From: an uncultured Chloroflexia bacterium
GTDB taxonomy: Bacteria > Chloroflexota > Limnocylindria > Limnocylindrales > CSP1-4
Direction: 5' to 3'
Assembly: GCA_963727585.1 (NCBI GenBank)
Contig: CAVSHH010000003.1
Span: forward strand, 2,218,772-2,282,771
DNA: 64,000 nt
Part shown: piece by piece, positions 19,825-29,074 of the stretch
How positions within the stretch are numbered: the first letter of the stretch is position 1
Layout: each line of letters starts with the position of its first letter
Translations under genes and position numbers: made by a program
The notes under the pieces: model-generated
Told to the model about the DNA's origin: nothing
Database searches by the model: none
What the model saw: the letters and a program-made list of their open reading frames with translations, nothing else

Positions 19825-21015
19825 GTGAGCGTCGGCACCCCGTTCCATCCCCGCGCCGCGGCCATGAATCGAAAGATGCAGTGGCGCGAGTGGGCGGGCT
19901 ACTTCGCGTCCACGGTGTACGCCGATTTCCACGACATCGAGTACAACGCGATCCGTGAGGCGGCGGCCGTCATCGACGTCAGCCCGCTGTACAAGTACCG
20001 GGTCAGCGGACCCGACGCCCTCCGCCTCGCCGACCGGGTCGTCACCCGCGACGCGTCGAGGCTGAAGGTCGGCCAGGTGATGTACACGCCGTGGTGCGAT
20101 GAGCACGGCAAGGTCATCGACGACGGCACGGTGCAACGGGTCGGGGAGCAGGAGCTGCGCTGGACCGCGGCGGATCCGCAGTTCCGCTGGCTGACCCTCA
20201 ATGCCGCGGGGCTCGACGTGCAGGTCGACGACGTGACGGACTCGCTCGGCGCGCTCGCGCTCCAGGGCCCGTACAGCCGGGCCGTGCTGGAGGCGGCGAC
20301 CGGCGAGTCGTTCGATGACCTGCGCTACTTCCGGCGCCGCTCCAGCGCGATCGGCGGGGTGGACGTCGACGTCAGCCGCACCGGCTACACGGGCGACCTG
20401 GGCTACGAGCTGTGGGTCCCGGCCGAGTCGGCGCCGGCCGTGTGGGACGCCCTGTTCGCTGCGGGCGCGGCCTACGCGATCCGACCCGCGGGGATGGACG
20501 CCCTCGACGTCGTGCGGCTCGAGGCCGGCCTGATCATGCTCGATGTCGACTACACGTCCGCGCGGCATGCGATGAACCCGGAGCAGAACTACAGCCCGTT
20601 CGAGCTGGGCCTCGGCGGGCTGGTCAGCTTCGACAAGGCCGACTACGTGGGCCGCCGAGCGCTCCGGGCCGAGGTATCGGCGGGCGGCCCCGCGCGCCGG
20701 CTGGTCGGCCTCCAGCTGGACTGGTACGACATCGAGGGGATGTTCGACGCCCACGGCCTGCCACCCGCGATCAGCCCCCACATCGACCGCTCCCCCGTGC
20801 CTGTGTTCGCCGACGGTCGCCAGGTGGGCAAGTCGACCTCGCACGGCTGGAGCCCGATCCTCAAGCAGGCGATCGCGCTCGCTTTCGTCCCACCCCGCCA
20901 CGAGCGGCCGGGCGCCCAGCTCCAGGTGGAGTGGACGGTCGAGGGCCGGCGTGGCCGGGTCGGCGCGACGGTGGTCGAGCTGCCCTTCCTCGACCTGCCG
21001 CGCAAGCGCGAGTGA
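19825..21015 (+). CDS. aminomethyltransferase family protein (GcvT-like, folate-binding)
   Basis: GcvT-fold motifs are present (AIREAAAVIDVSPLYKYRVSGPDA ... SRTGYTGDLGYELWVP ... MDALDVVRLEAGL). Divergent from the fusion gene, 80-bp gap. Confidence 0.8.
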   Translation: MSVGTPFHPRAAAMNRKMQWREWAGYFASTVYADFHDIEYNAIREAAAVIDVSPLYKYRVSGPDALRLADRVVTRDASRLKVGQVMYTPWCDEHGKVIDDGTVQRVGEQELRWTAADPQFRWLTLNAAGLDVQVDDVTDSLGALALQGPYSRAVLEAATGESFDDLRYFRRRSSAIGGVDVDVSRTGYTGDLGYELWVPAESAPAVWDALFAAGAAYAIRPAGMDALDVVRLEAGLIMLDVDYTSARHAMNPEQNYSPFELGLGGLVSFDKADYVGRRALRAEVSAGGPARRLVGLQLDWYDIEGMFDAHGLPPAISPHIDRSPVPVFADGRQVGKSTSHGWSPILKQAIALAFVPPRHERPGAQLQVEWTVEGRRGRVGATVVELPFLDLPRKRE

Positions 21016-22451
21016 GCGCCGAGCGGCCGCGCTCCTCCCCGGCCTCGACGCCGTCCCCGCGGACCCTGCCCGAACCCGACTGGGACGCCTTCGACCGGCT
21101 GGTCACGGCGCGCATCGACGGCTGGGTCGCGGAGCTGCTGGAGTTCCTTCGCATCCCCTCGGAGGGTGGCGACGACGTCGAGCTGAGGCGGGCGGCCGAC
21201 TGGACCGCGGATCGCCTCCGGCGGGCAGGGGCGCAGGTGGAGATCCTCGAGGTCGATGGTGCGCCGCCGCTCGTGGTCGGCGAGGTCGGCGCCGGCGACC
21301 GGACGCTGGTCAACGTCGTCCACTACGACGTCCAGCCCGCGGCGCCGGTCGAGCTGTGGACGACGTCGCCCTACGAGCCCGCGGTCCGCGACGGCCGGGT
21401 CTGGGCGCGGGGCGCCACCGACAACAAGGGCGAGTTCCTGCCGCGGGTCTGGGCGCTCGAGGCGTACCGCGATTCGATCGGTCCGCTCCCGGTACGCGTC
21501 CGGCACCTCGTCGAGGGACAGGAGGAGACGGGCAGCGGGGCGCTGGACGCGCTGCTCGACCTGCGACCCCACCTGCGCGACGCGGATGCGGCGCTGATCG
21601 AGGGCGGTGAGCTCGATCTCGCGGGCCGACCGCAGATCGCCGGCGGTGGCAAGGGCATCGTCGTCCTCGAGCTGCGGCTGCGGACGCTTGCCCACGACGC
21701 GCACTCCAGCCTGTCGGTCGTGCTGCCCAACGCCGGCCAGCGAATGGTCCTGGCGCTCGCGACCCTGTGGGACGAGGAGGGACGACCCGTGGTGGAGGGC
21801 CTGGAGGCCGGCAAGCGTGCGCCGCGCGAGGACCAGCTGGCGGCCACCCGGTCCATGGACCTCGCCACGCTCGACGACCTGCGCCGCGACTTCGGCGTGC
21901 GGCGCTTCGTGGGCGATATCGACGGCTACGACGCCCTGGAGGCGCTCACCTTCGAGACCACCCTCAACCTGGAGGGGTTGTGGTCAGGCCACACTGCGAC
22001 CACTCCCAAGACCGTGACCCCGGCCGAGGCCCACGCCCGGCTGGACATCCGGATCGTGCCCGACCAGGACCCGGCCGAGATGACGGCCGCCGTCCGTCGC
22101 CACCTCGACCGGGAGGGCTTCGGCGACATCGAGGTCATCGAGCGCGAGGGGGAGGCGGCCTGGTGGACGCCGCCCAGCCACCCGGTCGTGGAGCTGGCCG
22201 CACGGGTGTCGGAGGCTGTCACCGGCCAGGAGGCGAGCATCGGCGTTTCGATGCCCGGCACGGTGCCCATGCACCAGGTCTGTGCGCTACACCGCCTGCC
22301 CGCCACGACGCTGGGCGCCGGGCGTGCCGACTGTCGCGCACACGCGCCGGACGAGAACATCCGGATCGAGGACCTGGTGGCCGCGACCCGGATGATGGCC
22401 CGGTTCATCGACGGGCTCGCCCGCCTGCCCGACGTGCCGAAGGTCACCTGA
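21012..22451 (+). CDS. M20 family metallopeptidase / amidohydrolase (ArgE/DapE/CPG2-like)
   Basis: GTG start overlaps the GcvT-like stop (GTGA). M20 motifs are present (HYDVQPA ... WARGATDNKGEFL ... HLVEGQEETGSGA, dimerisation domain, HAPDENI). Confidence 0.8.
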   Translation: MSAERPRSSPASTPSPRTLPEPDWDAFDRLVTARIDGWVAELLEFLRIPSEGGDDVELRRAADWTADRLRRAGAQVEILEVDGAPPLVVGEVGAGDRTLVNVVHYDVQPAAPVELWTTSPYEPAVRDGRVWARGATDNKGEFLPRVWALEAYRDSIGPLPVRVRHLVEGQEETGSGALDALLDLRPHLRDADAALIEGGELDLAGRPQIAGGGKGIVVLELRLRTLAHDAHSSLSVVLPNAGQRMVLALATLWDEEGRPVVEGLEAGKRAPREDQLAATRSMDLATLDDLRRDFGVRRFVGDIDGYDALEALTFETTLNLEGLWSGHTATTPKTVTPAEAHARLDIRIVPDQDPAEMTAAVRRHLDREGFGDIEVIEREGEAAWWTPPSHPVVELAARVSEAVTGQEASIGVSMPGTVPMHQVCALHRLPATTLGAGRADCRAHAPDENIRIEDLVAATRMMARFIDGLARLPDVPKVT

Positions 22452-22493
22452 GCGTGTTCCGGTGCGACCCCGGCCTGCGCGATCTGCCCTCGC

Positions 22494-23198
22494 TCAGCCG
22501 CCCTGGATCGTCGCTCCGGACATCGTCTCGACGCTGACCGAGGCCGGCTGGGACGTCAGCTGGAGGGTCGAGCCCCCGTCGGCCACGCCGGTCAGCGCAG
22601 TGACCACGTGAACCTCGGCGGCGGAGCCGTCGTTGAGATTGACCTGGGCATCCTGCGCCTCGAGCTCACCCAGCATCGCATGGGAACCGGATGAGGCCGT
22701 CAGGGTCAGGTCGGGAGTGGTCCCGATTGCGGTCAACTGGGCACCGCCCGAGACGTCGACGTTGAGATCGCCGCCCGTGTGCTCGAGATAGCCGACGGCC
22801 CCGTTCGAGAGCGCGACGGAATCGACCTGGGTCATCCGCAGCGAGAGCGACAGCGGCTCGGTGGAGTTGATCCCGGGGCTGGGGATCATGACGATCAGCT
22901 GGCCGTCGACGACCTCGGTCCTGATGGCGTCGAGCAGGTTCTGCTGGGCGGCGACGCTGACTTCCTGTTCGTCGGCCTCCCCGATCACGACCTTGAAGCC
23001 CCCCGCCACGCTCACGCGGCTGAACGGGGGCAGATCTCGCAGGTCGGTCACCACCTCTCCCTCGCCCTGGACGCCCGGTCCTTCGCCGGGCACGTCCAAC
23101 TTGGCGCCGCAGCCGCCGAGCGAGGCGGCGAGCAGCAGCCCCGGCAGCAGGGCGAGCAGGGCGTGGGCGGGAGCGCGGCGAAGCGCGCGAGCAGGCAT
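22494..23198 (-). CDS. putative lipoprotein with a beta-helical DUF2807/DUF4097-like head domain
   Basis: Internal ATG at 23198 gives a signal peptide with a lipobox (MPARALRRAPAHALLALLPGLLLAASLGGCG). The remaining sequence is Gly/Val/Asp-rich and repeat-like. Confidence 0.6.
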   Translation of the reverse strand: MPARALRRAPAHALLALLPGLLLAASLGGCGAKLDVPGEGPGVQGEGEVVTDLRDLPPFSRVSVAGGFKVVIGEADEQEVSVAAQQNLLDAIRTEVVDGQLIVMIPSPGINSTEPLSLSLRMTQVDSVALSNGAVGYLEHTGGDLNVDVSGGAQLTAIGTTPDLTLTASSGSHAMLGELEAQDAQVNLNDGSAAEVHVVTALTGVADGGSTLQLTSQPASVSVETMSGATIQGG

Positions 23199-23444
23199 GG
23201 GCGGACTCCGTTCGGGGGGCGCAACGGCGAGGATGCCCCCGCAACGCCCGGAACCGGAGGGCCGGAACGGACCGGTTCCGGGGGCCGGTGGTCGCCGCAA
23301 CGGGGGCCGGTCGGCGCCGGGAGTCGGTCGCGGCGGCGTCGGCTGGACGACCAGGAGTCGTGACGGGAACGCGGAGGGCCGCGAGAACGCGGAGGGCCGC
23401 GAGATCGCCGCGCAGCGGATGGCGGGCAGCGGCGCCCGGCCGTC

Positions 23445-24575
23445 TTACCCAGCACTCCCGCTGCGCCCGTGCAGGAATCGCTCCAGACCGTCCAGTGCCG
23501 CCGGCATGTCGGTCCGCCCGAAGCCGAGCCGGAAATGGTTGCCACCGTGGCCGAAGATCGAGCCTGGCGCGACCAGCACCCCTTCGGCATCCAGCAGGTC
23601 CATGGCGAAGCGGTCAACCGGGGCGCCGGTCAGGAGCTCCGGGAAGCCGACCGGGCCGCCGGCCGGCCGCACCCAGCCAACTCGGGCGGCGTTGCGCTCG
23701 AAGAACGTGTCGAGAAGGGCGAGATTCGTGTCCACGATCGCCCGCGACCGCTCGAGCACCCGATCGCGCGCCCGGAGCGCCACCAGCGCCAGGATCTCGG
23801 CCGGCGCCGAGGCGCAGATCGTGGTGTAGTCCTTGAACCGGGTTGCGCGACCCAGCAGGGCAGCATCGTGCGAGGCGATCCAGCCGATCCGCAAGCCCGC
23901 CATCGCGAACGACTTGGACATCACCCCGACGCTCACCGCGTGCGGACCCAGATCGGCCCCGGCCGGCAGCCGGTCGGGCAGACCGTGCTCGAGAAACCGG
24001 TAGACCTCGTCCACGAGCAGCGTCGCCCCGGCGTCGGCGGCCAGCTCCGAGATGGCGCGGAAGGTCGCCGGGTCGGGCACGGCCCCCGTCGGGTTGTGGG
24101 GAACATTGACCACGATCAGGCGGGTGCGTGGGGTGAGCTCGGCTCGCAGGCGTTCGGGATCCAGCGACCAGCCATCCTCGGCGCGCAGCTCGTGGAGGGT
24201 CACCTGGGCGCCGACGGCGCGCGCGACCTCGTGCAGGCTCTGGTAGGCGGGCCAGGCGACGATGGCATGGTCGCCCGGCGCGAGGAGCACGTTGGCGGCG
24301 ATGAAGATCGCCTCCTCCGCCCCGCTGAACACGAGCACCTCGGCGGGATCGATCGACTCGTACAGCCTGGCGATCTCGGCTCGGAGCAAGGGGTGGCCGG
24401 GTGCCTCCGTGTAGCCCAGGCGCAGGTCGCGCCACAGCTCCGACGTCTCGGCGTCGGCAAGGGCGAGCAGCTCCGCCATCGGCCAGCCCTCGACATCCGA
24501 GGCGCACAGCAGGTGATGCACGGCGAACTCGTACCGGGCGAAGAACCGCTCGAGCGCGAAGTCGTCGATCCGCAT
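23445..24575 (-). CDS. pyridoxal-phosphate-dependent aminotransferase, class I/II fold
   Basis: Has NPTG and a PLP lysine in SVGVMSKSFAMAGLRIGW, with an AAT-like fold. 376 aa. Confidence 0.85.
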   Translation of the reverse strand: MRIDDFALERFFARYEFAVHHLLCASDVEGWPMAELLALADAETSELWRDLRLGYTEAPGHPLLRAEIARLYESIDPAEVLVFSGAEEAIFIAANVLLAPGDHAIVAWPAYQSLHEVARAVGAQVTLHELRAEDGWSLDPERLRAELTPRTRLIVVNVPHNPTGAVPDPATFRAISELAADAGATLLVDEVYRFLEHGLPDRLPAGADLGPHAVSVGVMSKSFAMAGLRIGWIASHDAALLGRATRFKDYTTICASAPAEILALVALRARDRVLERSRAIVDTNLALLDTFFERNAARVGWVRPAGGPVGFPELLTGAPVDRFAMDLLDAEGVLVAPGSIFGHGGNHFRLGFGRTDMPAALDGLERFLHGRSGSAG

Positions 24576-24641
24576 CAGGGCATTGTGCGCCGCCGCGGGG
24601 CGGCGGGAAGCCGGTCGCCGGCGGTGGGATGCGGCCTGGCG

Positions 24642-24681
24642 CTAGGTGGCCGGTGTGAAACGCGCGTTCTGACGGGCTGAC
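24642..24681. repeat. IS terminal inverted repeat (left)
   Basis: 39 of 40 nt are the reverse complement of 26437-26476. Confidence 0.8.
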
Positions 24682-24793
24682 CGGACCGCGCGTGTGGTCG
24701 GTGGATGTGATCGGGTGATTGGCGCCCGGATCATGCGGCAACCGTCCCCCGAGCGTGCTCCGGCTGCTCCCCGAGACGGGCCTTGGCCCTCCG

Positions 24794-26368
24794 TCAGGCT
24801 GGCCGGACCGCCCAGGTCCCGCCAGATCCCGTCACCCGGAGGACCGCGAGGCGTGCGAGGTTGACCGCGGCGGCGAGGAGGGCGAAGTCGGCGCCAACCT
24901 TCAGCCTGCCGCGGACACGAGCCCGCCGCCCGCCGTGTCGTCGGCGGACGAGATGGGCGAGCTTGCGCTCGACCTTGGGACGCGTTGCCCGGTAGTCGGC
25001 GAGCCAGGCGGGGTCGCGCGTGTCGGCGCGGCCGGCAGTGAGAAGCGCCTCGTGCGGGCCGACAGCGATCGAGCGACCGCGAGCCGAGGTCGTGCACCGG
25101 CTGACCAGCGGGCAGGTGGTACAGGCGCTTCGGAAGCGCGCCTGGGCCTCGCCGCGCTGATGCCGCGTGAGCCTGGCGACCCGACCGGCGGGACAGGTGA
25201 CGGTGCCGGCGCCGAGGTCGATCGTGAAGTCGTCCTTGGTGAAGTGCCCAGGCACGCCGTTCGCAGGCTGGACCTTGACCCGGCTGAGCGCGCCCGCCTC
25301 GTCGAGCGCTTCGAGCACCGGGCCCGTCCCATACGCCGCGTCGCCGTACACGACGGGCGGGGTGGCGGGTGCGGCTTCGCGCGCGAGGTCGTGGGTGAGC
25401 AGGGCGAGGGCAACCGAGGCGTCGCCGGCGTTGCCCGGGGTGACCGCGGTCGCGGTGACGAGCTCATGGTCAGGGTCGATCGCGACGTGGCCCTTGTAGC
25501 CGTCGAACCCCCGGGCCTCGGTCTTGTGGCCGTGGCGGGTGTCGGGATCGACCGTGCTGATCACCCGGTCGGGGGCGACCCGCCGGGCGATCCGCACCCG
25601 GCCGTCCGGACCCGGCTCGAGGTCCTGGCCGAGCACCGTGGCGAGCAGGACCGCGGCCTCGGCAAGCGGAGCCTCGAGCGGCTCGCCCTCGAGCCCGGCG
25701 AGCACGGCCTCGCCGTCGCGGGCGAGGGCGTCGACCAGGGCCGCCCGGGCGGTGGCGTCATCCCAGTCCGCGGCGGGCTTGCCGCCCTGGCGGTAGTCGT
25801 CGTCGCGCCGGAGGACGGTGCGCAGGCCGGGCTCGCGCCCGCCCGATGCCGCGAGCACGCCCTGGATCGCCGAGCGGACCAGGGTGACCGTGTCCATGGT
25901 CGCGACCGCGTCGTACAGGGGCGTGGAGTCGAGCACCCGCCGGACGCCGACCAGGCCAGCACCCCGCGCGACCTCGAGCGTGCGCTCGAAGATCCGGTTG
26001 GGACGCTCCGAGCGGGCGAGCCTCGCCCGCATGTCGACGAGCACCGTGTGGGCGAAGCCCGGGGCATCGAAGGGCTGGCCGCCGGCGGCGTACTTCCAGC
26101 GCGCGTCGAAGGTGTACCGCTCGACGGCCTCGCGGTCGGACAGGCCCTCGAGGCGCTGGAGGACCATCACGACCGCGACGACCAGGGGCGGCACCGAGCG
26201 CCGGCCGACGTTGGCCGCGAACAGGTCGCTGAACAGCTCGTCAGGGAACAGCGTGTGGCACTCTCGGGCGAGCAGGGCATGGATCGAGTCGGATCGGACC
26301 AGCGGCTCGACGAAGCTGGCGGTGTCGCGGAACAGGTCGGCCTGACGGGGTGTGGATCCCTGCGACAT
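24794..26368 (-). CDS. IS1182 family transposase (DDE)
   Basis: InsH-type N-terminal domain (ADLFRDTASFVEPLVRSDSIHALLARE), a DDE domain (VDPDTRHGHKTEARGFDGYKGHVAIDPD) and a Cys-rich C-terminus (CPAGRV ... CTTCPLVSRC), as in IS1182-family transposases. Confidence 0.85.
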   Translation of the reverse strand: MSQGSTPRQADLFRDTASFVEPLVRSDSIHALLARECHTLFPDELFSDLFAANVGRRSVPPLVVAVVMVLQRLEGLSDREAVERYTFDARWKYAAGGQPFDAPGFAHTVLVDMRARLARSERPNRIFERTLEVARGAGLVGVRRVLDSTPLYDAVATMDTVTLVRSAIQGVLAASGGREPGLRTVLRRDDDYRQGGKPAADWDDATARAALVDALARDGEAVLAGLEGEPLEAPLAEAAVLLATVLGQDLEPGPDGRVRIARRVAPDRVISTVDPDTRHGHKTEARGFDGYKGHVAIDPDHELVTATAVTPGNAGDASVALALLTHDLAREAAPATPPVVYGDAAYGTGPVLEALDEAGALSRVKVQPANGVPGHFTKDDFTIDLGAGTVTCPAGRVARLTRHQRGEAQARFRSACTTCPLVSRCTTSARGRSIAVGPHEALLTAGRADTRDPAWLADYRATRPKVERKLAHLVRRRHGGRRARVRGRLKVGADFALLAAAVNLARLAVLRVTGSGGTWAVRPA

Positions 26369-26436
26369 CGGTGTGCTCCTGCGATCAGCCCGGCAGCTCC
26401 TGCCAGGGAGAATCGTAGCTGCGCCCGAGCCTGTCC

Positions 26437-26476
26437 GTCAGCCCGTCAGAACGCGCGTTTCACACCAGCCACCTAG
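26437..26476. repeat. IS terminal inverted repeat (right)
   Basis: gtcagcccgtcagaacgcgcgtttcacaccagccacctag. Confidence 0.8.
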
Positions 26477-27180
26477 GGGCCGACCTCCGCGAGCGCGGCG
26501 GCGAGCTGGACCGTCGTGGCCTGGTCGAGCCCGGTGGTGGCGAGGTACCACATCGGGCGCTCGCCGGGTGCGGCGACCACCGCGAACCCGGTCCCGGTCT
26601 GCAGGAGCGTCCCGTCGAGCGGTCCCAGCGCGGCGGGGCCGAGGTCGGTGCCACCCGTGTCGCAGCCGCCGTTGACGGCGCACGAGCTGCCCTCGTCGAG
26701 CCGCAGCGTCGCCCCACCCGGCCCCGCGTACTCGACGTAGACCCAGCCGCCGTTCCCGGTCCGGTACCGCCCGCTCTGGAGGTACCAGCCCTTGCGCATG
26801 ACGCCGCACAGGACCGGCCAATCGACGGCGTTCGCGATGGCGTCGAAGAAGGCGCGGTTCTCGTCGGTCCCGGTGCACGCCTCGGCGCGCCCGGTCGGCG
26901 TCGAGGCGGACGGATCGTCGGTCGGGGTCTCGGTCGGGGATGCCGCCGGCGACTCGGTGAACGTCGCGCTCGGCGATGCCGCCGGAGAATCGGTGGGCGT
27001 CCCGCTCGGCGGCTCCGTGGCCGGCACCACCCCGGTAGCGGGCGCGGCGGACAGGCTGGGCCAGGTGGTGGGCGCCGCCGTGGGAGCGGCCGATCCATCC
27101 GAGGCCGGCGGCGAACCTCCGCACGTCGCGGCAAGCATGGCGACGACCGCCACGAGGACGAGAGCGCGGAACCTGGGCAC
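26473..27180 (-). CDS. putative lipoprotein (Pro/Thr/Ser-rich linker plus C-terminal Cys-containing domain)
   Basis: Signal peptide with a lipobox (MPRFRALVLVAVVAMLAATCGG). Its TAG stop lies inside the terminal CTAG of the IS right inverted repeat. Confidence 0.6.
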   Translation of the reverse strand: MPRFRALVLVAVVAMLAATCGGSPPASDGSAAPTAAPTTWPSLSAAPATGVVPATEPPSGTPTDSPAASPSATFTESPAASPTETPTDDPSASTPTGRAEACTGTDENRAFFDAIANAVDWPVLCGVMRKGWYLQSGRYRTGNGGWVYVEYAGPGGATLRLDEGSSCAVNGGCDTGGTDLGPAALGPLDGTLLQTGTGFAVVAAPGERPMWYLATTGLDQATTVQLAAALAEVGP

Positions 27181-27234
27181 GGCGACAGGGTACTCGGCCG
27201 CGGCAGGATGCGCCCGAGCCGGCCGGCGACGGCG

Positions 27235-28002
27235 TCAGTCGCCGTTCACGCCGGCGGCCAGCCGGACCAGGGCGGGCTCGACGCCGAACGTCTCGCGGAT
27301 GCGGGCATCCGTGAGCACCGCGGCGGGCGGGCCGTCGGCCACCACCCGGCCGTGGTCCATGATCACGAGCCGCGGGAAGAAGTGGGCAGCCAGGCCGAGG
27401 TCGTGGAGCACCGCCACCAGCGCCGTGCCGTCGCGCTCGTTGAGATCGCGCAGCAGCTCCATGGCCTCGACCTGGTGGCGCAGGTCGAGGTGGACGGTCG
27501 GCTCGTCGAGCAGCAGCACGGGCGACTCCTGCGCGACCGCGAGCGCGAGCAGCACCAGCTGTCGCTCCCCGAGGGACAGCTCGCGGGCGTCGCGACCGAG
27601 CAGGTGGCCGACGCCCACCCGGTCGATCGCGGCCGCGACGGCGGCCCGGTCCGCGGGACCGGCGCCACGCAGCGCGGACTCGTGGGGCAGCCGCCCGAGG
27701 GCGACGACCTCCTCGACCCGCATCGAGAACGGGAGCGCGGTCTGCTGCGGCACCACCGCCAGCCTGCGGGCGACCTCGGCACGGTCGAGCCCGACGATCG
27801 GTCGCTCGTCCAGCAGGACCCGCCCGGTGCTGGGCCGGAGGATGCCCGTCAGCGCCCGCAGGAGTGTGGACTTGCCGGCCCCGTTGGGCCCGATCAGCGC
27901 CACCCGCTCGCCGTGCTCGAGCCGGAACGAGACGTCGCGCAGGATCGCGCGCTCGCGCACCTCGACGGTCACGCCGTCGGCGAGAAGCGCCGGACCGGTC
28001 AC
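27235..28002 (-). CDS. ABC transporter ATP-binding protein (FecE/BtuD-type, iron-chelate/cobalamin uptake)
   Basis: Walker A (GPNGAGKST), ABC signature (LSLGERQ) and Walker B (LLLDEP) are present. GTG start overlaps the permease stop (GTGA). Confidence 0.9.
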   Translation of the reverse strand: MTGPALLADGVTVEVRERAILRDVSFRLEHGERVALIGPNGAGKSTLLRALTGILRPSTGRVLLDERPIVGLDRAEVARRLAVVPQQTALPFSMRVEEVVALGRLPHESALRGAGPADRAAVAAAIDRVGVGHLLGRDARELSLGERQLVLLALAVAQESPVLLLDEPTVHLDLRHQVEAMELLRDLNERDGTALVAVLHDLGLAAHFFPRLVIMDHGRVVADGPPAAVLTDARIRETFGVEPALVRLAAGVNGD

Positions 28003-29072
28003 AGCTCGTACCCCGTGCGCGCCCGCCGGAGCAGGGCGAGGAAGAACGGAGCCCCGATGATCGCGGTCACCACCCCCACCGGGATATCGCCGGCAAGGCG
28101 CGCGGCGAGGTCCGCGAAGATGAGCAGGTTGGCGCCCCAGATCGCGGAGATCGGGAGCACGAACCGGGCGTTGGGACCGACCAGCAGCCGCACCACGTGG
28201 GGCACGACCAGGCCCACGAACCCGATCAGGCCGCTGATCGTCACCGCGGCCGCCGTGACCAGCGAGGCCAGCGCGAGCAGGAGCGCCCGCTCCCGGGCCA
28301 CGTTGATGCCCAGGTGGCTGGCCGTCTCCTCGCCCAGGAGCAGGGCGTTGAGCGACCGGGCCCGGAACACGATGAGCAGCGTGCCGATGAGGATGATCGG
28401 CAGGGCGCCCGCCAGCCGCTCCCAGGAGGCCAGCTGGAAGCTGCCAAGCAGGTAGCCGAAGATCTGGCGCAGCGCGGCCCCGGACAGGTACATCGCCATC
28501 GCCAGCCCGGCCGACAGCAGCGAGGCGACCGCGTAGCCCGTCAGCAGCAGGCTGGTGAGCGGCGCGAGCCCGCTGACCCGCGACAGCTTCCAGACGGTGG
28601 TCACGGCGGCCAGCGCGCCGACGAACGCGAGCGCGTGGACCAGTCCGAACCCGAACACCAGGCTGCGGATCGGGAGCAGGAAGGCGATCGCCGCGCCGAG
28701 CGCGGCGCCTGAGGCGGTCCCCAGCACGTACGGGTCGGCCAGCGGGTTGCGCAGCAGACCCTGGAAGGTGGCCCCGGCCACGGCCAGCCCGGTGCCCACG
28801 ATCAGGGCCGTGAGCACCCGTGGCACCCGCAGGTCCCACACGATGGCCGCGATGGCGGGGTCGGCGACGGACAGGTGGGTGCCGAGGACCCGGTCGATCA
28901 CGATCGCGATCACCTCGCCGGGCGGGACCCGGACGCTGCCGAGCGCGATGCCGAGCAGCATCCCGAGGATGGCGACGGCGATCCCGCCGAGCACCAGCCA
29001 CAGGCGCCGGTCCCGTGCCCGGGGCACGGCTCCCAGCCTGGATCCGGCGTCGCCGAGCGTCGTCGCCCGCAT
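27999..29072 (-). CDS. FecCD-family ABC permease (BtuC/FepD-like)
   Basis: About 9 TM segments and the FecCD signature (GLIGFVGLVVPHVVRLLVG). ATG at 29072, 2 nt after the SBP stop. Confidence 0.9.
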   Translation of the reverse strand: MRATTLGDAGSRLGAVPRARDRRLWLVLGGIAVAILGMLLGIALGSVRVPPGEVIAIVIDRVLGTHLSVADPAIAAIVWDLRVPRVLTALIVGTGLAVAGATFQGLLRNPLADPYVLGTASGAALGAAIAFLLPIRSLVFGFGLVHALAFVGALAAVTTVWKLSRVSGLAPLTSLLLTGYAVASLLSAGLAMAMYLSGAALRQIFGYLLGSFQLASWERLAGALPIILIGTLLIVFRARSLNALLLGEETASHLGINVARERALLLALASLVTAAAVTISGLIGFVGLVVPHVVRLLVGPNARFVLPISAIWGANLLIFADLAARLAGDIPVGVVTAIIGAPFFLALLRRARTGYEL

Positions 29073-29074
29073 GG

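Larger units (their letters stand above)
24642..26476 (-). mobile_element. IS1182-family insertion sequence, intact
   Basis: A single 524-aa transposase ORF is flanked by 40-bp terminal inverted repeats with one mismatch: ctaggtggccggtgtgaaacgcgcgttctgacgggctgac at 24642-24681, and its reverse complement at 26437-26476. The ends are CTAG tetranucleotides. Confidence 0.8.

Noticed and set aside
22452-22493. Intrinsic terminator between the convergent M20 peptidase and lipoprotein genes
   Set aside because: Only a weak dyad (gagcg...cgctc) with a long loop and no U-tract. It is not convincing.
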